Assembly (NCBI GenBank): GCA_037137755.1
Contig: JBAXJR010000015.1
Location: 1-53,758 of the forward strand
Direction of reading: 5' to 3'
DNA: 53,758 nt
Source of the DNA: Methanomicrobiales archaeon
Lineage (GTDB): Archaea > Halobacteriota > Methanomicrobia > Methanomicrobiales > Methanospirillaceae
In this document: in pieces, positions 43,589-53,758 of the stretch
Layout: every line of letters starts with the position of its first letter
How positions within the stretch are numbered: the stretch's first letter is position 1
Program-made: the position numbers and the translations under genes
The notes under the pieces: model-generated
What the model was told of the DNA's origin: nothing
What the model saw: the letters and a program-made list of their open reading frames with translations, nothing else
Databases searched by the model: none

Positions 43589-44334
43589 CTGAGCTCAGTT
43601 TTGTACATTTTGGAATCGGGAATCTGCGATGCCTGACACCTCAAAACCCGATATAAATGTATTCAACATATCCTCTCCTGTAACATATTTAAACTTTTCG
43701 TGAATTTTGGTCTTTTATTCACCCGTTTTTTCCGATATCCCATCACCGTAGCTCGTGAAATGTAATATCAGATTACCAATGGGTTCCTTACTCATGCACA
43801 GGAATTGAAAGGATATACAGGTGGTATCCAACGAATTTAAGGTCAAATCGGTTATTATTGGTTAATAGCTTAACACGGTAAACAGTTTTTAGTATATCGT
43901 ATTGTTATCAGGCAGCCATCTGTCAGCGCAATGGCAGACATTTTAATGAAAAACGGCTGACGCGCGTTTATTATAAAATAATCCCATTCAGGTATCAATA
44001 TCGGATTTAGGAATGCTATTATAATTGAAATCGGGAAAAGGAGTTGAAATGAAAATTTCTGGGTAGTTACTAAACAGCTTAACAATATAAACCACGTTTG
44101 ATTATATATCCAGGCATAATTATTTATAAATACATTTTCTTTTAACTTTTTTCCAGTCAGACTCACTAATCATTTTTCCGCCATGATTATTAAATCAGTA
44201 TTTTTTATCAGGGAGTAGCGTCACAGTTTAAATGAAAAATCAGGGATATTTCTGCCTGATCTTCTTTATAGACCGGCACGGGTTCTGAATCCTTCTCGAA
44301 ACGTTATTGTACAGCAAGGTAAAACAAAGGTAAC

Positions 44335-44979
44335 ATGAAGAATTATTATCCGGTTTTCGTTATTCTGATCGTGCTACTCATGCTGGCCTGTTCCGCAGGG
44401 TGTTCATCAAAGGAGACCCCTTACCAACGGGAATCAGTTGGACGACCATCGGTAACCGTGACACCTCCGACACCGAATGCGGACCAGGTTGTTTCTCAAA
44501 ATACCCGGAGCATCCCTTCACCATCAATAACACGACCACAACTATCACCTCGTTCCACAATACCGGCCCCCACTGGCACAATCGGAAGTATGGTCTACGA
44601 GAATGTATCGGAAATTATGGTGACGGCACAGGAAATTTCAGCAGCCTGGGACCCAAACGGCCTTGCCTGTAATTCAAAATCCTGTACAGCGGGTTTTGTG
44701 AATATCAACGGGGATACTGTACATGTCAAGACCACACTATATGATTCAGTGGATTCAGCAAAGTCGGGATATAATACTGAAAAGCAAAATAACGCGGCAT
44801 ACAGGATTATCCCCCTTGAAATCCCTGACGAAAGTTATGGCTGGATGCAAAAGTCTCAAAGCAGTGTAGTATTCCGGAAGAATAATGCAGTCGTTATTGT
44901 TGATTATACAACAAACAGCGGTCCTGCATCGATAACAACGGTAAAGGAATTTGCCGGGATGTATTCACAAAATTTATAG
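44335..44979 (+). CDS. Putative lipoprotein
   Basis: Signal peptide with lipobox SAGC and a Pro/Ser/Thr-rich linker. Confidence 0.82.
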   Translation: MKNYYPVFVILIVLLMLACSAGCSSKETPYQRESVGRPSVTVTPPTPNADQVVSQNTRSIPSPSITRPQLSPRSTIPAPTGTIGSMVYENVSEIMVTAQEISAAWDPNGLACNSKSCTAGFVNINGDTVHVKTTLYDSVDSAKSGYNTEKQNNAAYRIIPLEIPDESYGWMQKSQSSVVFRKNNAVVIVDYTTNSGPASITTVKEFAGMYSQNL

Positions 44980-45074
44980 TGTGATCATGCAGGTTACCAG
45001 CCTTGAAAAATAAAAAAACAAATTCCATGCATTTTTAGCCGGAATAAGAACGGGTTACATGGCGACCATTTCTT

Positions 45075-47009
45075 TCAACTCTCCCCGAGCCTCCCCTTCA
45101 AGGCATTCACCTGGTCGCGTATCCGGATTGCCTCCTCAAAATCCAGGTTCTCTGCTGCAGCCTTCATCGCTGCCTCGAGTTCGATGATCAGGTTCGGCAA
45201 CTCAACTTTCGGAATGTGCTTGACATCCTTTATGTCGACCTCCTTCTCTCTCACAGGCTTTACAATTGTCATTGGGACGATGTTGTGCTCCTTGTTGTAA
45301 GTAAGTTGCATCTCACGGCGCCTTTTCGTCTCCGAAAGCGCCTGATCTATTGATTTCGTGATATGGTCGGCATATAATACCACGTGGGCATTTACATTAC
45401 GGGCTGCACGTCCGATGATCTGGATCAGGCTTCTCGCATCCCGCAGGAACCCCTCCTTGTCTGCATCAAGGATCCCGATAAACCCTACTTCCGGGATATC
45501 GAGCCCTTCACGGAGAAGATTGATCCCGACAAGCACATCGAACTTACCAAGCCGCAGTTCCCTGATGATCTCGGTCCTCTGGAGCGTATCTATTTCTGAA
45601 TGCAGGTACCGTGTCCTGATCCCCCGCCCGGCAAGGTACTCGGTATATTCCTCGGCAAGCTTTTTCGTCAGGGTTGTCAGGAGTACCCGGTCACCCCGGG
45701 CAATTGTCGTCTCGATCTCACCGATCACGTTTTCTGTCTGTCCTTCCGTCTTCCTGACCTCGACCTCAGGGTCAACAAGCCCGGTCGGCCTGATAATCTG
45801 TTCTACTAGCTGGCCCGAATGCTCACGTTCGTAGTCCGCCGGGGTTGCGGAAACGAAGATGACCTGGTGCATGTACTGTTCAAATTCTTTGAACATGAGA
45901 GGCCGGTTATCATACGCACTGGGAAGACGGAACCCATAATCAATAAGTGACTGTTTTCTTGAACGGTCTCCCTTGTACATCCCGTTAAGTTGCGGTATGG
46001 TCTGGTGACTCTCGTCGATGAACAGAAGAAAATCATCCGGGAAATAATCAAGGAGACAATACGGTTTTTCACCCGGTTTACGGAAATCAAAGTGCCGGGA
46101 ATAGTTTTCTATGCCCTTACAACTCCCACTTTCCTCGATCATCTCGAGGTCATACCGGGTCCTCTGTTCAAGCCGGTAGGATTCAATGAGCCCGAGTTCC
46201 GGAAGACGTTCGTTCAATTCCTCCCGTATGGTCACCATCGCACGTTTCTGGTCTTCCTCCGGAATGACATAATGCCGTGCGGGATAAACGTAGAAATAGT
46301 TCATCTTCTCTTTGACCTGCCCGGTATTCTTGTCGATCTCCATGATCCGTTCAATTTTATCCCCAAACAGCTCAACCCGGATAATATTATTGAAATAACC
46401 AGGGATCAGGTCAATAGTATCCCCTTTAACCCTGAAACGTCCAGGCATAAGCTCAAGATCATTTCTCTGGAACTGGCAGGCAATCAGGTCACTGATGATC
46501 TCTTTCCTCGAGCCCCGTTCGTTTACTTTTACTTCGAACCCCATATTCCGGAAATTCTCTGGCCTGCCAAGGCCATATATACAGGACACAGAGGCGACAA
46601 CAATTACATCCCGGCGGGACAGCAGGGATGCGGTCGCAGACAGGCGGAGCTGCTCAATCTTCGGGTTAATCTGCGAGTCTTTCTCGATGTACTGGTCTTT
46701 GGCAGGGATATACGATTCAGGCTGGTAATAGTCATAGTATGACACAAAATATTCGACCCGGTTATCAGGAAAAAATTCCCGGAATTCATTGTAGAGTTGT
46801 GCGGCAAGGGTCTTGTTGTGTGCGATGACCAGGGCAGGCCGTCCCGAATCCCTGATTACGTTTGCCATGGTAAAGGTCTTACCCGACCCGGTGACACCAA
46901 GAAGTGTCTGGTACTGCATCCCTTCACTGATACCGCGGACCAGTTTCTGTATTGCTTCCGGCTGTGAGCCTTTGGGTTCGAATGGTGCATGCAGGGTAAA
47001 ATCGGTCAT
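45075..47009 (-). CDS. uvrB: Excinuclease ABC subunit B
   Basis: LLGVTGSGKT, YYDYYQPE, DESH, INLLREGLD, C-terminal UVR domain. Confidence 0.98.
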   Translation of the reverse strand: MTDFTLHAPFEPKGSQPEAIQKLVRGISEGMQYQTLLGVTGSGKTFTMANVIRDSGRPALVIAHNKTLAAQLYNEFREFFPDNRVEYFVSYYDYYQPESYIPAKDQYIEKDSQINPKIEQLRLSATASLLSRRDVIVVASVSCIYGLGRPENFRNMGFEVKVNERGSRKEIISDLIACQFQRNDLELMPGRFRVKGDTIDLIPGYFNNIIRVELFGDKIERIMEIDKNTGQVKEKMNYFYVYPARHYVIPEEDQKRAMVTIREELNERLPELGLIESYRLEQRTRYDLEMIEESGSCKGIENYSRHFDFRKPGEKPYCLLDYFPDDFLLFIDESHQTIPQLNGMYKGDRSRKQSLIDYGFRLPSAYDNRPLMFKEFEQYMHQVIFVSATPADYEREHSGQLVEQIIRPTGLVDPEVEVRKTEGQTENVIGEIETTIARGDRVLLTTLTKKLAEEYTEYLAGRGIRTRYLHSEIDTLQRTEIIRELRLGKFDVLVGINLLREGLDIPEVGFIGILDADKEGFLRDARSLIQIIGRAARNVNAHVVLYADHITKSIDQALSETKRRREMQLTYNKEHNIVPMTIVKPVREKEVDIKDVKHIPKVELPNLIIELEAAMKAAAENLDFEEAIRIRDQVNALKGRLGES

Positions 47010-47397
47010 TGTAGTGAAAAGGAAGATTTGATCATTGGTATTCCTGAATTATTTTATATTTCTTTTCTGAACCTAAAATCATAATCAATTATTGGTTTAC
47101 AGATTTTTTATTCAGAGGCCAGCTAATTCACACATTTATCAGCTGGACATTCAATAAAAATTTGGATACCTGCATTTCACGTGATATTCCAAGCCTTCCA
47201 GACACTTTAAAAAAACCGAGGGGTCCATACATAAATTTTGAACTTTGCAGGAACATACATGGACCTGAAGTTCATACCCGGACCCTTATCCCCGTTCAAA
47301 ATCGCCCTAAATTGGAATTTTTTCAGGCGTTTCATGGGAAATCCTACGTATACTAAAGACGGTAACAGGATTGCTCATACAGGAGGGGGTTTAACCC

Positions 47398-47500
47398 GTC
47401 GAATAGGAGGGAGGAATTGCTTCCTCCCCCCTTCCAGGAACCGTACTTGCAACTTTCACTGCATAAGGCTCGCTCAATTCACAACCCGTTGGTCGGGCGG
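47398..47500 (-). mobile_element. Group II intron 3' fragment (end of DIV, DV, DVI)
   Basis: Minus strand reads GAGCCTTATGCAGTGAAAGTTGCAAGTACGGTTC (DV with AGC triad and GAAA loop), then GGGGGGAGGAAGCAATTCCTCCCTCCTATTCGAC (DVI hairpin, bulged A, AC terminus). Confidence 0.85.
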
Positions 47501-47615
47501 GATAGTGTAAGAAAAGTTCTGTAAATATTGTAGAAGCCCTGTACTCTCAGATATAGCAAACAGAGAACAGGGCCATGTCAATGGTTGACTTTGCAAAAGA
47601 TTATCTTACACTATC
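47501..47615. mobile_element. MITE-like 115 bp inverted-repeat element
   Basis: Terminal IR GATAGTGTAAGA/TCTTACACTATC (12/12) and inner IR GCCCTGTACTCT/AGAGAACAGGGC (11/12); no target-site duplication visible. Confidence 0.6.
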
Positions 47616-47824
47616 AAATCGAGCCGTTAGGTGATACTTTTTACGGTTCTTCCATTCGTGTCCGTCGACCATGGAATATAATTAGGATATGGATGTATCG
47701 AGAGCTGCCTGACGCGGGGTGAAAAAAGCATCTCCCCTTTCCTGATGCTCATTCATGCCAGTTCAATTCGGAAATACTGTCATTTCAGGACATGCAAAAT
47801 AGGTATATCAATTATTTGTTGTCC

Positions 47825-48289
47825 TCATCCAAAGACAGACAAGGAAATGGTCCCACTCGTTTCATCCGTAAATGGGCCTACCGAACCCGGAACATAAGGT
47901 GTGTTAGTCCAAGTAAACGGGTCAAAGGAACCCGGTTTGTATGGTATATCAGTCCCAGTAAATGGACCCGTTGAACCTGGTATATATGGTGTATCAGTCC
48001 CAGTAAATGGACCCGTTGAACCTGGTATATATGGCTTATAAGTCCCAGTAAATGGGACTAGGATGCTTGATGCATAGGGTAACTTAAATGCAGATTTATT
48101 ATATGTAAATCCGGTAAAGGATGGTGTCGTATATTTGAAGCCATTAAAGGCATGTGATGAATACGTGAAACCATTAGACGAATATAATTGGGGAATTTGT
48201 TCTGATGCCATAACTCCGGGAATCGCCAAAAATAGCGCAAAGCAAATGGACAAATAAAATATCGGTAACTTCAACTTTTTCATCTCCAT
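47825..48289 (-). CDS. Secreted tandem-repeat protein, hypothetical
   Basis: Signal peptide ending VMA; three 10-aa xxGFxY units; four-plus 15-aa PFTGTDxPYxPGSxG units. Confidence 0.8.
   Translation of the reverse strand: MEMKKLKLPIFYLSICFALFLAIPGVMASEQIPQLYSSNGFTYSSHAFNGFKYTTPSFTGFTYNKSAFKLPYASSILVPFTGTYKPYIPGSTGPFTGTDTPYIPGSTGPFTGTDIPYKPGSFDPFTWTNTPYVPGSVGPFTDETSGTISLSVFG
47856..48057. repeat. 45 bp coding tandem repeat (~4.5 copies)
   Basis: 47947-47989 is identical to 47992-48034; flanking copies are degenerate. Confidence 0.88.
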
Positions 48290-48667
48290 TATCCAAGTAT
48301 CATTTATTCTATTTCAAATATTACAATATGCCAAAAAATGTATTGTACGTTTACTAATTGGAGATATTAGCACAATAATTGCAATTGAGTTTATATTGCA
48401 TTAATGGTATTGATACCATCCCGGATTATACGAGGTGACTTAATCTTCTTAACCCGATGTAACTGGTCGGGTTGCAAATTCCAGAATAAGAGGTTGAAAG
48501 TTCAATATTGGAAGTCTGAGTTACCTCGATAGTCTCACTCCATATAACAAATGTTTCCAATTACTGTCAATTTGTTCGTATTTATTAAGAAACAGTTCAA
48601 ATAGTTAATATACCGCCAAATGTGATTCTGACACATCAACTTCCTGGCAGAACGATAAGGTAATAAA

Positions 48668-49108
48668 ATGAAGTCAAACCCATTGAAACAAGGTGCAATC
48701 TTTGCCCTGATAACACTCGGTCTCATTGTATTTGGAGTGCCAGCATTTGCTGATGAAATTATGGTGCCATATGCAGGTATGACCGACAAGAGTGTAGGAG
48801 CAAATATCCTGCCTGCTGACCAGAATATAGGATTAATAGGAGATTTGTCTCAGATTTATTCAGGTTCGCTGGCTCAAGCGGCCCCATCTACTTTAAGCCT
48901 GCAAGGATATCCAAATCTCTTTAACTATAAGGGTTCACTGAATGTGTCTGCTTTTTCAAATACTATTGCTGGATTCAAGCAAAATCATCAGTCTGATAGT
49001 AAACCGGACTCACCGTTATACAACCGATTGGTAGAAAATTACAGGGCTCATCCCACCAGGACAATTTTCTTTTACTCTGACCCGATCGATTGTACCGGAG
49101 GGTTTTAG
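48668..49108 (+). CDS. Secreted hypothetical protein
   Basis: Signal peptide ending AFA-D; single Cys in the C-terminal DCTGGF. Confidence 0.75.
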   Translation: MKSNPLKQGAIFALITLGLIVFGVPAFADEIMVPYAGMTDKSVGANILPADQNIGLIGDLSQIYSGSLAQAAPSTLSLQGYPNLFNYKGSLNVSAFSNTIAGFKQNHQSDSKPDSPLYNRLVENYRAHPTRTIFFYSDPIDCTGGF

Positions 49109-49326
49109 TCATTTCAATGAGAATTTCTTTTAAAGGAATTCAATTTTTTTTTAGTGACACAAGGTAGAGTCAAATTTTTTTCCCCCTAACGGGGCAATCC
49201 TGAAGGATTGGCTCTCTGAACTACACCAACCACAATGAGCAAGTCTTTGCGTAACTACTATTTCATTATGTAAAAACCACTGCCTCAACTTTATTATCGA
49301 TATATCCCTGAACTTGGGTTCAATTA

Positions 49327-49390
49327 CAGTACTTCGCTAATTTCATGACAATCCTGGAAGCCAGGATTTTATGAGTTCAGCGAAGTACTG
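49327..49390. repeat. 64 bp imperfect palindrome (possible miniature IS relic)
   Basis: CAGTACTTCGCT/AGCGAAGTACTG (12/12) and AATCCTGG-aag-CCAGGATT (8/8). Confidence 0.7.
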
Positions 49391-50199
49391 ATCCTATCGG
49401 TGTTTGAGGAGGAGCCCCTTCAACCCAGTTCTTTTCGACCTCATAGTCGCCCACACGTTGTAGCAACGAGCAAATTATCTTAATGAAACAGGGTTATTTT
49501 AGTTTTAACCTGGGTTTTTACTTGGATTCCGGTAAATTCCATACGTATACCGCATACCCCTGATTACGGGGAAAATAACGCCAATTTGGGTCCCGTTATT
49601 CATGGTCGCACGAATACCTGTCGGTTTTTAATATCCGTGATAATTTAGCGATATAAAGTGAATCTGCTTGAAATCAGACCGATTTATCCGGATATCCCCT
49701 CTCCGAAATCGGCAGGTCCGACCTTTAGTATGGATTATCTCTGAACGTCGCAATATTTGGGATAACAGGGGCGTAATTATCTTCCGATTAGTAAAATACT
49801 ATTTGAAATAAACTAAAAAACAGTGACTATTGTACAACCGATAAACACGGTGATACGACCTTTGAATATTTGTCTTCAAAACGGCATGGCATACAATTTT
49901 CGCACTGCCACGGTAATACCGGAACGCGAATGTCAACCAGTCATCCGGATTTCTATTGACAACTTTGTTCAGTACAGTTAGGGAAACAAAAGACGAAATT
50001 CAGCCCATTCCCGTACCATCACAAGGTATCCAAAAAATCACCAGTTCAACCTCGTTTCAAAAACCAGGACAGGCTGAACTGCCCACACAAAAGAGATGGG
50101 ATTCCTCATTTTATCAGGGTCCTGGTGTGAACGCTTAAGCGTTCATATCAGTTTCATACTCAAACCTCTGTAATGCTTCGGATCCCATATTTCCCCGTA

Positions 50200-51780
50200 T
50201 TATCCCGTGATCGATTTTTTTTTCCGGAGCAGCCGGTGATACGTAACTGCAAAACGGTGTGCTTCATCCCGGATCTCCTGGAGGAACAACGACGCCCTCT
50301 CCTTCCGGTCGATGGGGACCGGGTATGCATGGCCCACCATGTAGATCTCCTCTTCGCGCTTTGCGAGGGCGATGACAGGAAGAGAAAGCCCCAGCTTCTT
50401 AATTTCCTTTACCGCAGCATGCAGCTGTCCTTTGCCACCGTCTACCATCACGAGGTCTGGCATGGGGGAACCTTCATCCTTTAACCGGGAATACCGGCGA
50501 CGCACAATCTCACCGATCGCCATGAAATCATCGACCCCTTCAACAGTCTTGATCTGGAACCGGCGGTAATTCTTTTTGTCCGGCCGGGCATCACTGAACC
50601 GGACCATTGAACCTACGACGGATGTCCCTGACAGGTGAGAGATATCAAAACATTCAATCACCCGAGGGAGCTCAGGCAATCCCAGCTGGTCTTTGACTTC
50701 ATGAAGTTTTATTTCGTGCCCGAAAAACACCGTCTCGATATTTAACCTGACGAGATCAAGAAGCCTTCGTTTTACCCCTCTCTGGGGTGTGGTAACCGTT
50801 ACCTTACTGCCCTTCTGCACTGAAAGAAATTCTTCCATCGGTCCACTGACCGGCTCGGGCACTACCAGTTCTCCGGGCGGTTCATGTAACGAATAGTACT
50901 GAACCAGGAATTCTTCAAAGAAATCATTCCGATAATCGAACACGTACTCTTTTTTGTTCGCCAGAGTACCGGAATGAACAGGAAAGAGCATCAGGTATAC
51001 TTTGTCATCCTGAATAAGAAAATTTAAAATGTCTTCTTCGGTATCAGGGGGTCTGACCATATCCTGGCGCTGCCCCAGCCGTTCTATGGCATTGATCTGG
51101 TTACGAACCATCATTGCCCCTTCGTAATCCTGTGATTCAGAATGGGTCTGCATATCATCCTTCAGCTTCCGGATGAGTTCAGTCCCCCGGCCCTTTAATA
51201 CCAAAACTGCTTTTTTTACCTGTTCCCCATAATCTTCGACCGTGAGACCTCCGAGGCAGGGTGCAGTACAGGTATGGATGTGGTGCCTGAGGCATGCCCT
51301 CCTCCGGAGATTTTTACATGTCCGTAACCGGAATACTTTTTTTACGACAGAATAAACGTAGTCCCTTTCGGCCGCTGACACAAATGGTCCGAAAAAAGTC
51401 CCTTTTGTAGTTGCCTTCCGGGCAATCCTGATACAGGGGAACTCCTCATCCGTGAGCTCAATATAGGCGTATTGTTTCGCATCCTTCAGATCGATGTTGT
51501 ACCGCGGCTGGTTCTCCTTGATCAGACTGTTTTCAAGGATCAGGGCCTCAACCTCGTTGCTGGTGACCATGTAGTCGATCGTATTAATATGGCTGATCAG
51601 CGCGAGGGTCTTTGAATCATGGTCAGTTTTCTGGAAATATGACGAAACCCGCTTTTTAAGATTTTTTGCCTTACCTACATAGAGAATCGTCGCTTCAGGA
51701 TCACGAAAGATATAGCAGCCCGGACTTTCAGGTACCATGGTGAGATCTATCAATGTCAGGTCCTCCTGACGACTAAACAC
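50200..51780 (-). CDS. uvrC: Excinuclease ABC subunit C
   Basis: PGCY...YVGKAKNLKKRVSSYF (GIY-YIG), ECFDISH, PDLVMVDGGKGQ, RDEAHRFA. Confidence 0.97.
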   Translation of the reverse strand: MFSRQEDLTLIDLTMVPESPGCYIFRDPEATILYVGKAKNLKKRVSSYFQKTDHDSKTLALISHINTIDYMVTSNEVEALILENSLIKENQPRYNIDLKDAKQYAYIELTDEEFPCIRIARKATTKGTFFGPFVSAAERDYVYSVVKKVFRLRTCKNLRRRACLRHHIHTCTAPCLGGLTVEDYGEQVKKAVLVLKGRGTELIRKLKDDMQTHSESQDYEGAMMVRNQINAIERLGQRQDMVRPPDTEEDILNFLIQDDKVYLMLFPVHSGTLANKKEYVFDYRNDFFEEFLVQYYSLHEPPGELVVPEPVSGPMEEFLSVQKGSKVTVTTPQRGVKRRLLDLVRLNIETVFFGHEIKLHEVKDQLGLPELPRVIECFDISHLSGTSVVGSMVRFSDARPDKKNYRRFQIKTVEGVDDFMAIGEIVRRRYSRLKDEGSPMPDLVMVDGGKGQLHAAVKEIKKLGLSLPVIALAKREEEIYMVGHAYPVPIDRKERASLFLQEIRDEAHRFAVTYHRLLRKKKSITG

Positions 51781-52052
51781 GGGTAATGCATCAATTTTTT
51801 ACCTGACTCAAGGGGGCGTTTAGCAATAGTCAGACGGGTGTAATCTCGTGATGCTGGATTAGAAATTAAGGCATAAACAGGATATATTGGGAAATAACGA
51901 TAACCCATGGGATGTATCAGGTTAGATCGGTATCCCAAAAAGTCAGGACAATACTTCAGGATACAATGCGTGAAATTAGACACTTTTGTTCCTGCCATTT
52001 ACACCTGTATACCTTCTACTTTCATTCCCGCCCAGAAGACTTTTACCCTTTA

Positions 52053-53758
52053 TTAGTTCTTTGCCCTCCGGGCTTTCGACTTTACTACGGACGGTTGTAT
52101 TTCTATTACCGTGCCTGCTTGAGAGGGCGGTTTTTCAGGCCGATCAGATAGCAGGACTTTAAGGAACTCTCCGGTGTAGCTCTTTTCATTCTCTGCGATC
52201 TCCTCAGGGGTGCCGGTCGCAATTACTTCACCGCCAGCATCGCCCCCACCAGGTCCGAGGTCAATAATATAATCCGCAGATTTGACGATATCCAGGTTAT
52301 GTTCGATGACAACGACGGTATTCCCCTTGGCTACCAGTTCATCAAGGACACGGATCAGTTTTTTGACGTCATGGAAATGAAGGCCGGTAGTGGGTTCGTC
52401 AAGGAAATAGATCGTTTTTCCGGTGGCTTTTTTTGCGAGCTCGCGGGTAAGTTTGATCCTCTGTGCTTCTCCCCCGGAAAGGGTTGTTGAACTCTGGCCC
52501 AGCTTGATATAATCCAGCCCTACTGCCGAGAGGGTTTCAAGCTTCTGGTGTATTGCCGGGATATTAACAAACAGCTCAGTAGCCTCCTCGACCGTCATAT
52601 TCAGGACATCAGATATTGATTTCCCTTTGTATTTTACCTCGAGTGTTTCCCGGTTATACCGTGATCCCTTGCATTCCTCGCATTCCACATACACATCAGG
52701 GAGGAAGTTCATCTCGATCTTGATCAGTCCGTCCCCTTCACAGGCCTCACACCTGCCACCCTTCAGGTTAAATGAGAACCTTCCGGGTTGGTAGCCCCGT
52801 ACCTTCGCCTCCTTTGATTCAGCAAAGATTTTCCGGACTTCATCGAATACCTTGGTATAGGTCGCAGGGTTCGACCGCGGGGTCTTTCCGATCGGGCTCT
52901 GGTCGATCACGATTACCTTGTCAATCTCGCTGTCAAACTCCAGGTTTTCATATTTCCCGGGACTTTCCTTGGAGTTATAGAGTTCCCTCATCAGGGCCTT
53001 GTAGAGCGTATCGTAAATCAGGGTAGATTTCCCGCTGCCGGATACACCGGTGATAACCGTGAATACCCCTATTGGGATCTCCACGTCGATTCCTTTCAGG
53101 TTATTTTCTCTACAGCCGGTTATCCGGACATGGTGCCGGCTTTTTCTTCTCTTCTCAGGTACCTCAATCCTCATCGTCCGTGCAAGGTACTGACCGGTAA
53201 GAGACTTCTTATTCCGCTCGATCTGCACAGGTGTTCCCTCGGCGACGACATACCCCCCATGGAGCCCGGCACCGGGTCCCATGTCGACAACATAATCGGC
53301 ATGCCGGATGGTATCCTCATCATGCTCGACCACGATCAGGGTATTCCCAAGGTCCCGCAGCCTGCGCAGGGTGTCAATCAGTTTCTGGTTATCCCTCTGG
53401 TGAAGCCCGATTGAGGGTTCATCAAGGACGTAGAGTACTCCCACGAGGTTCGACCCGATCTGGGTGGCAAGCCGGATTCGCTGGGCTTCCCCGCCGGATA
53501 ACGTCCCTGCACTCCGGGAAAGCGTGAGGTATCCGAGCCCGACTTTCTCAAGAAATTCTAGCCGGGCATTGATCTCCTTCAATACCTGCTTCGCTATCTC
53601 CTGTTCTTTTTCGTTTAATTCGATTGTCCTGAAAAAGTCCATGCATTTTGTTACCGGTAGATCGGTGATTTCTATGATTGAATGCCCGGCTATTTTTACG
53701 GCCAGGATCTTATCCTTCAGGCGCCTGCCATGGCATTTCGGGCAATCTGATATCCGCA
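52053..53758 (-). CDS. uvrA: Excinuclease ABC subunit A (5' part lies outside the window)
   Basis: LSGGEAQRI twice, [17 protein letters not shown], Zn-finger cysteines. Confidence 0.97.
   Translation of the reverse strand, partial: RISDCPKCHGRRLKDKILAVKIAGHSIIEITDLPVTKCMDFFRTIELNEKEQEIAKQVLKEINARLEFLEKVGLGYLTLSRSAGTLSGGEAQRIRLATQIGSNLVGVLYVLDEPSIGLHQRDNQKLIDTLRRLRDLGNTLIVVEHDEDTIRHADYVVDMGPGAGLHGGYVVAEGTPVQIERNKKSLTGQYLARTMRIEVPEKRRKSRHHVRITGCRENNLKGIDVEIPIGVFTVITGVSGSGKSTLIYDTLYKALMRELYNSKESPGKYENLEFDSEIDKVIVIDQSPIGKTPRSNPATYTKVFDEVRKIFAESKEAKVRGYQPGRFSFNLKGGRCEACEGDGLIKIEMNFLPDVYVECEECKGSRYNRETLEVKYKGKSISDVLNMTVEEATELFVNIPAIHQKLETLSAVGLDYIKLGQSSTTLSGGEAQRIKLTRELAKKATGKTIYFLDEPTTGLHFHDVKKLIRVLDELVAKGNTVVVIEHNLDIVKSADYIIDLGPGGGDAGGEVIATGTPEEIAENEKSYTGEFLKVLLSDRPEKPPSQAGTVIEIQPSVVKSKARRAKN

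Noticed and set aside
43870-44166. 98 aa ORF in an AT-rich spacer
   Set aside because: No motifs; more likely part of the divergent promoter region
47621-47649. GAGCCGT...ACGGTTC as a second intron domain V on the plus strand
   Set aside because: Too short, lacks the GNRA loop and upper stem, and no DVI follows
47856-48057. 45 bp repeats as a CRISPR array
   Set aside because: Contiguous in-frame units without unique spacers; they encode a peptide repeat
49901-49905. Alternative GTGCG intron 5' end (minus strand)
   Set aside because: Followed by A-rich sequence, and its flank does not rebuild the palindrome

Overview
Archaeal chromosomal window, most consistent with a Methanomicrobiales methanogen (inferred from gene content: thermosome, aIF5A, NOB1, RtcA, GfcR/PyrE-like, DUF4013 pair, PKD surface protein, bacterial-type grpE-dnaK-dnaJ and uvrABC). 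Most of it is housekeeping: prs-rtcA-nob1-gfcR, tRNA-Ser(CGA), a glycosylation cluster, cimA-ilvB-ilvN, purH, chaperones, NAD kinase/IMPase, RNase HI, Mrp, hxlB, an aminotransferase and an M42 peptidase. The most unusual part is a ~3.2 kb insert between uvrC and uvrB. It holds a clear group II intron 3' end (domains V/VI) with no RT ORF, two miniature inverted-repeat elements and two divergent orphan secreted proteins, one built from aromatic tandem repeats. The intron's 3' exon matches half of a GC-rich palindrome that also lies next to a structured, ORF-less ~280 bp segment at 27.8-28.1 kb. A possible intron 5' end 2.2 kb away would partly rebuild that palindrome, which suggests (speculatively) a cargo-carrying intron relic. 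Other observations are a shared promoter motif upstream of the thermosome gene and grpE, several disrupted genes (frameshifted lipoprotein, PEBP gene with an internal TAA, CheY remnant, cimA lacking a canonical start) and an exact 263 bp duplication inside the PKD gene. No CRISPR array, rRNA or intact transposase was seen. All calls come from reading the sequence; no database searches were run.
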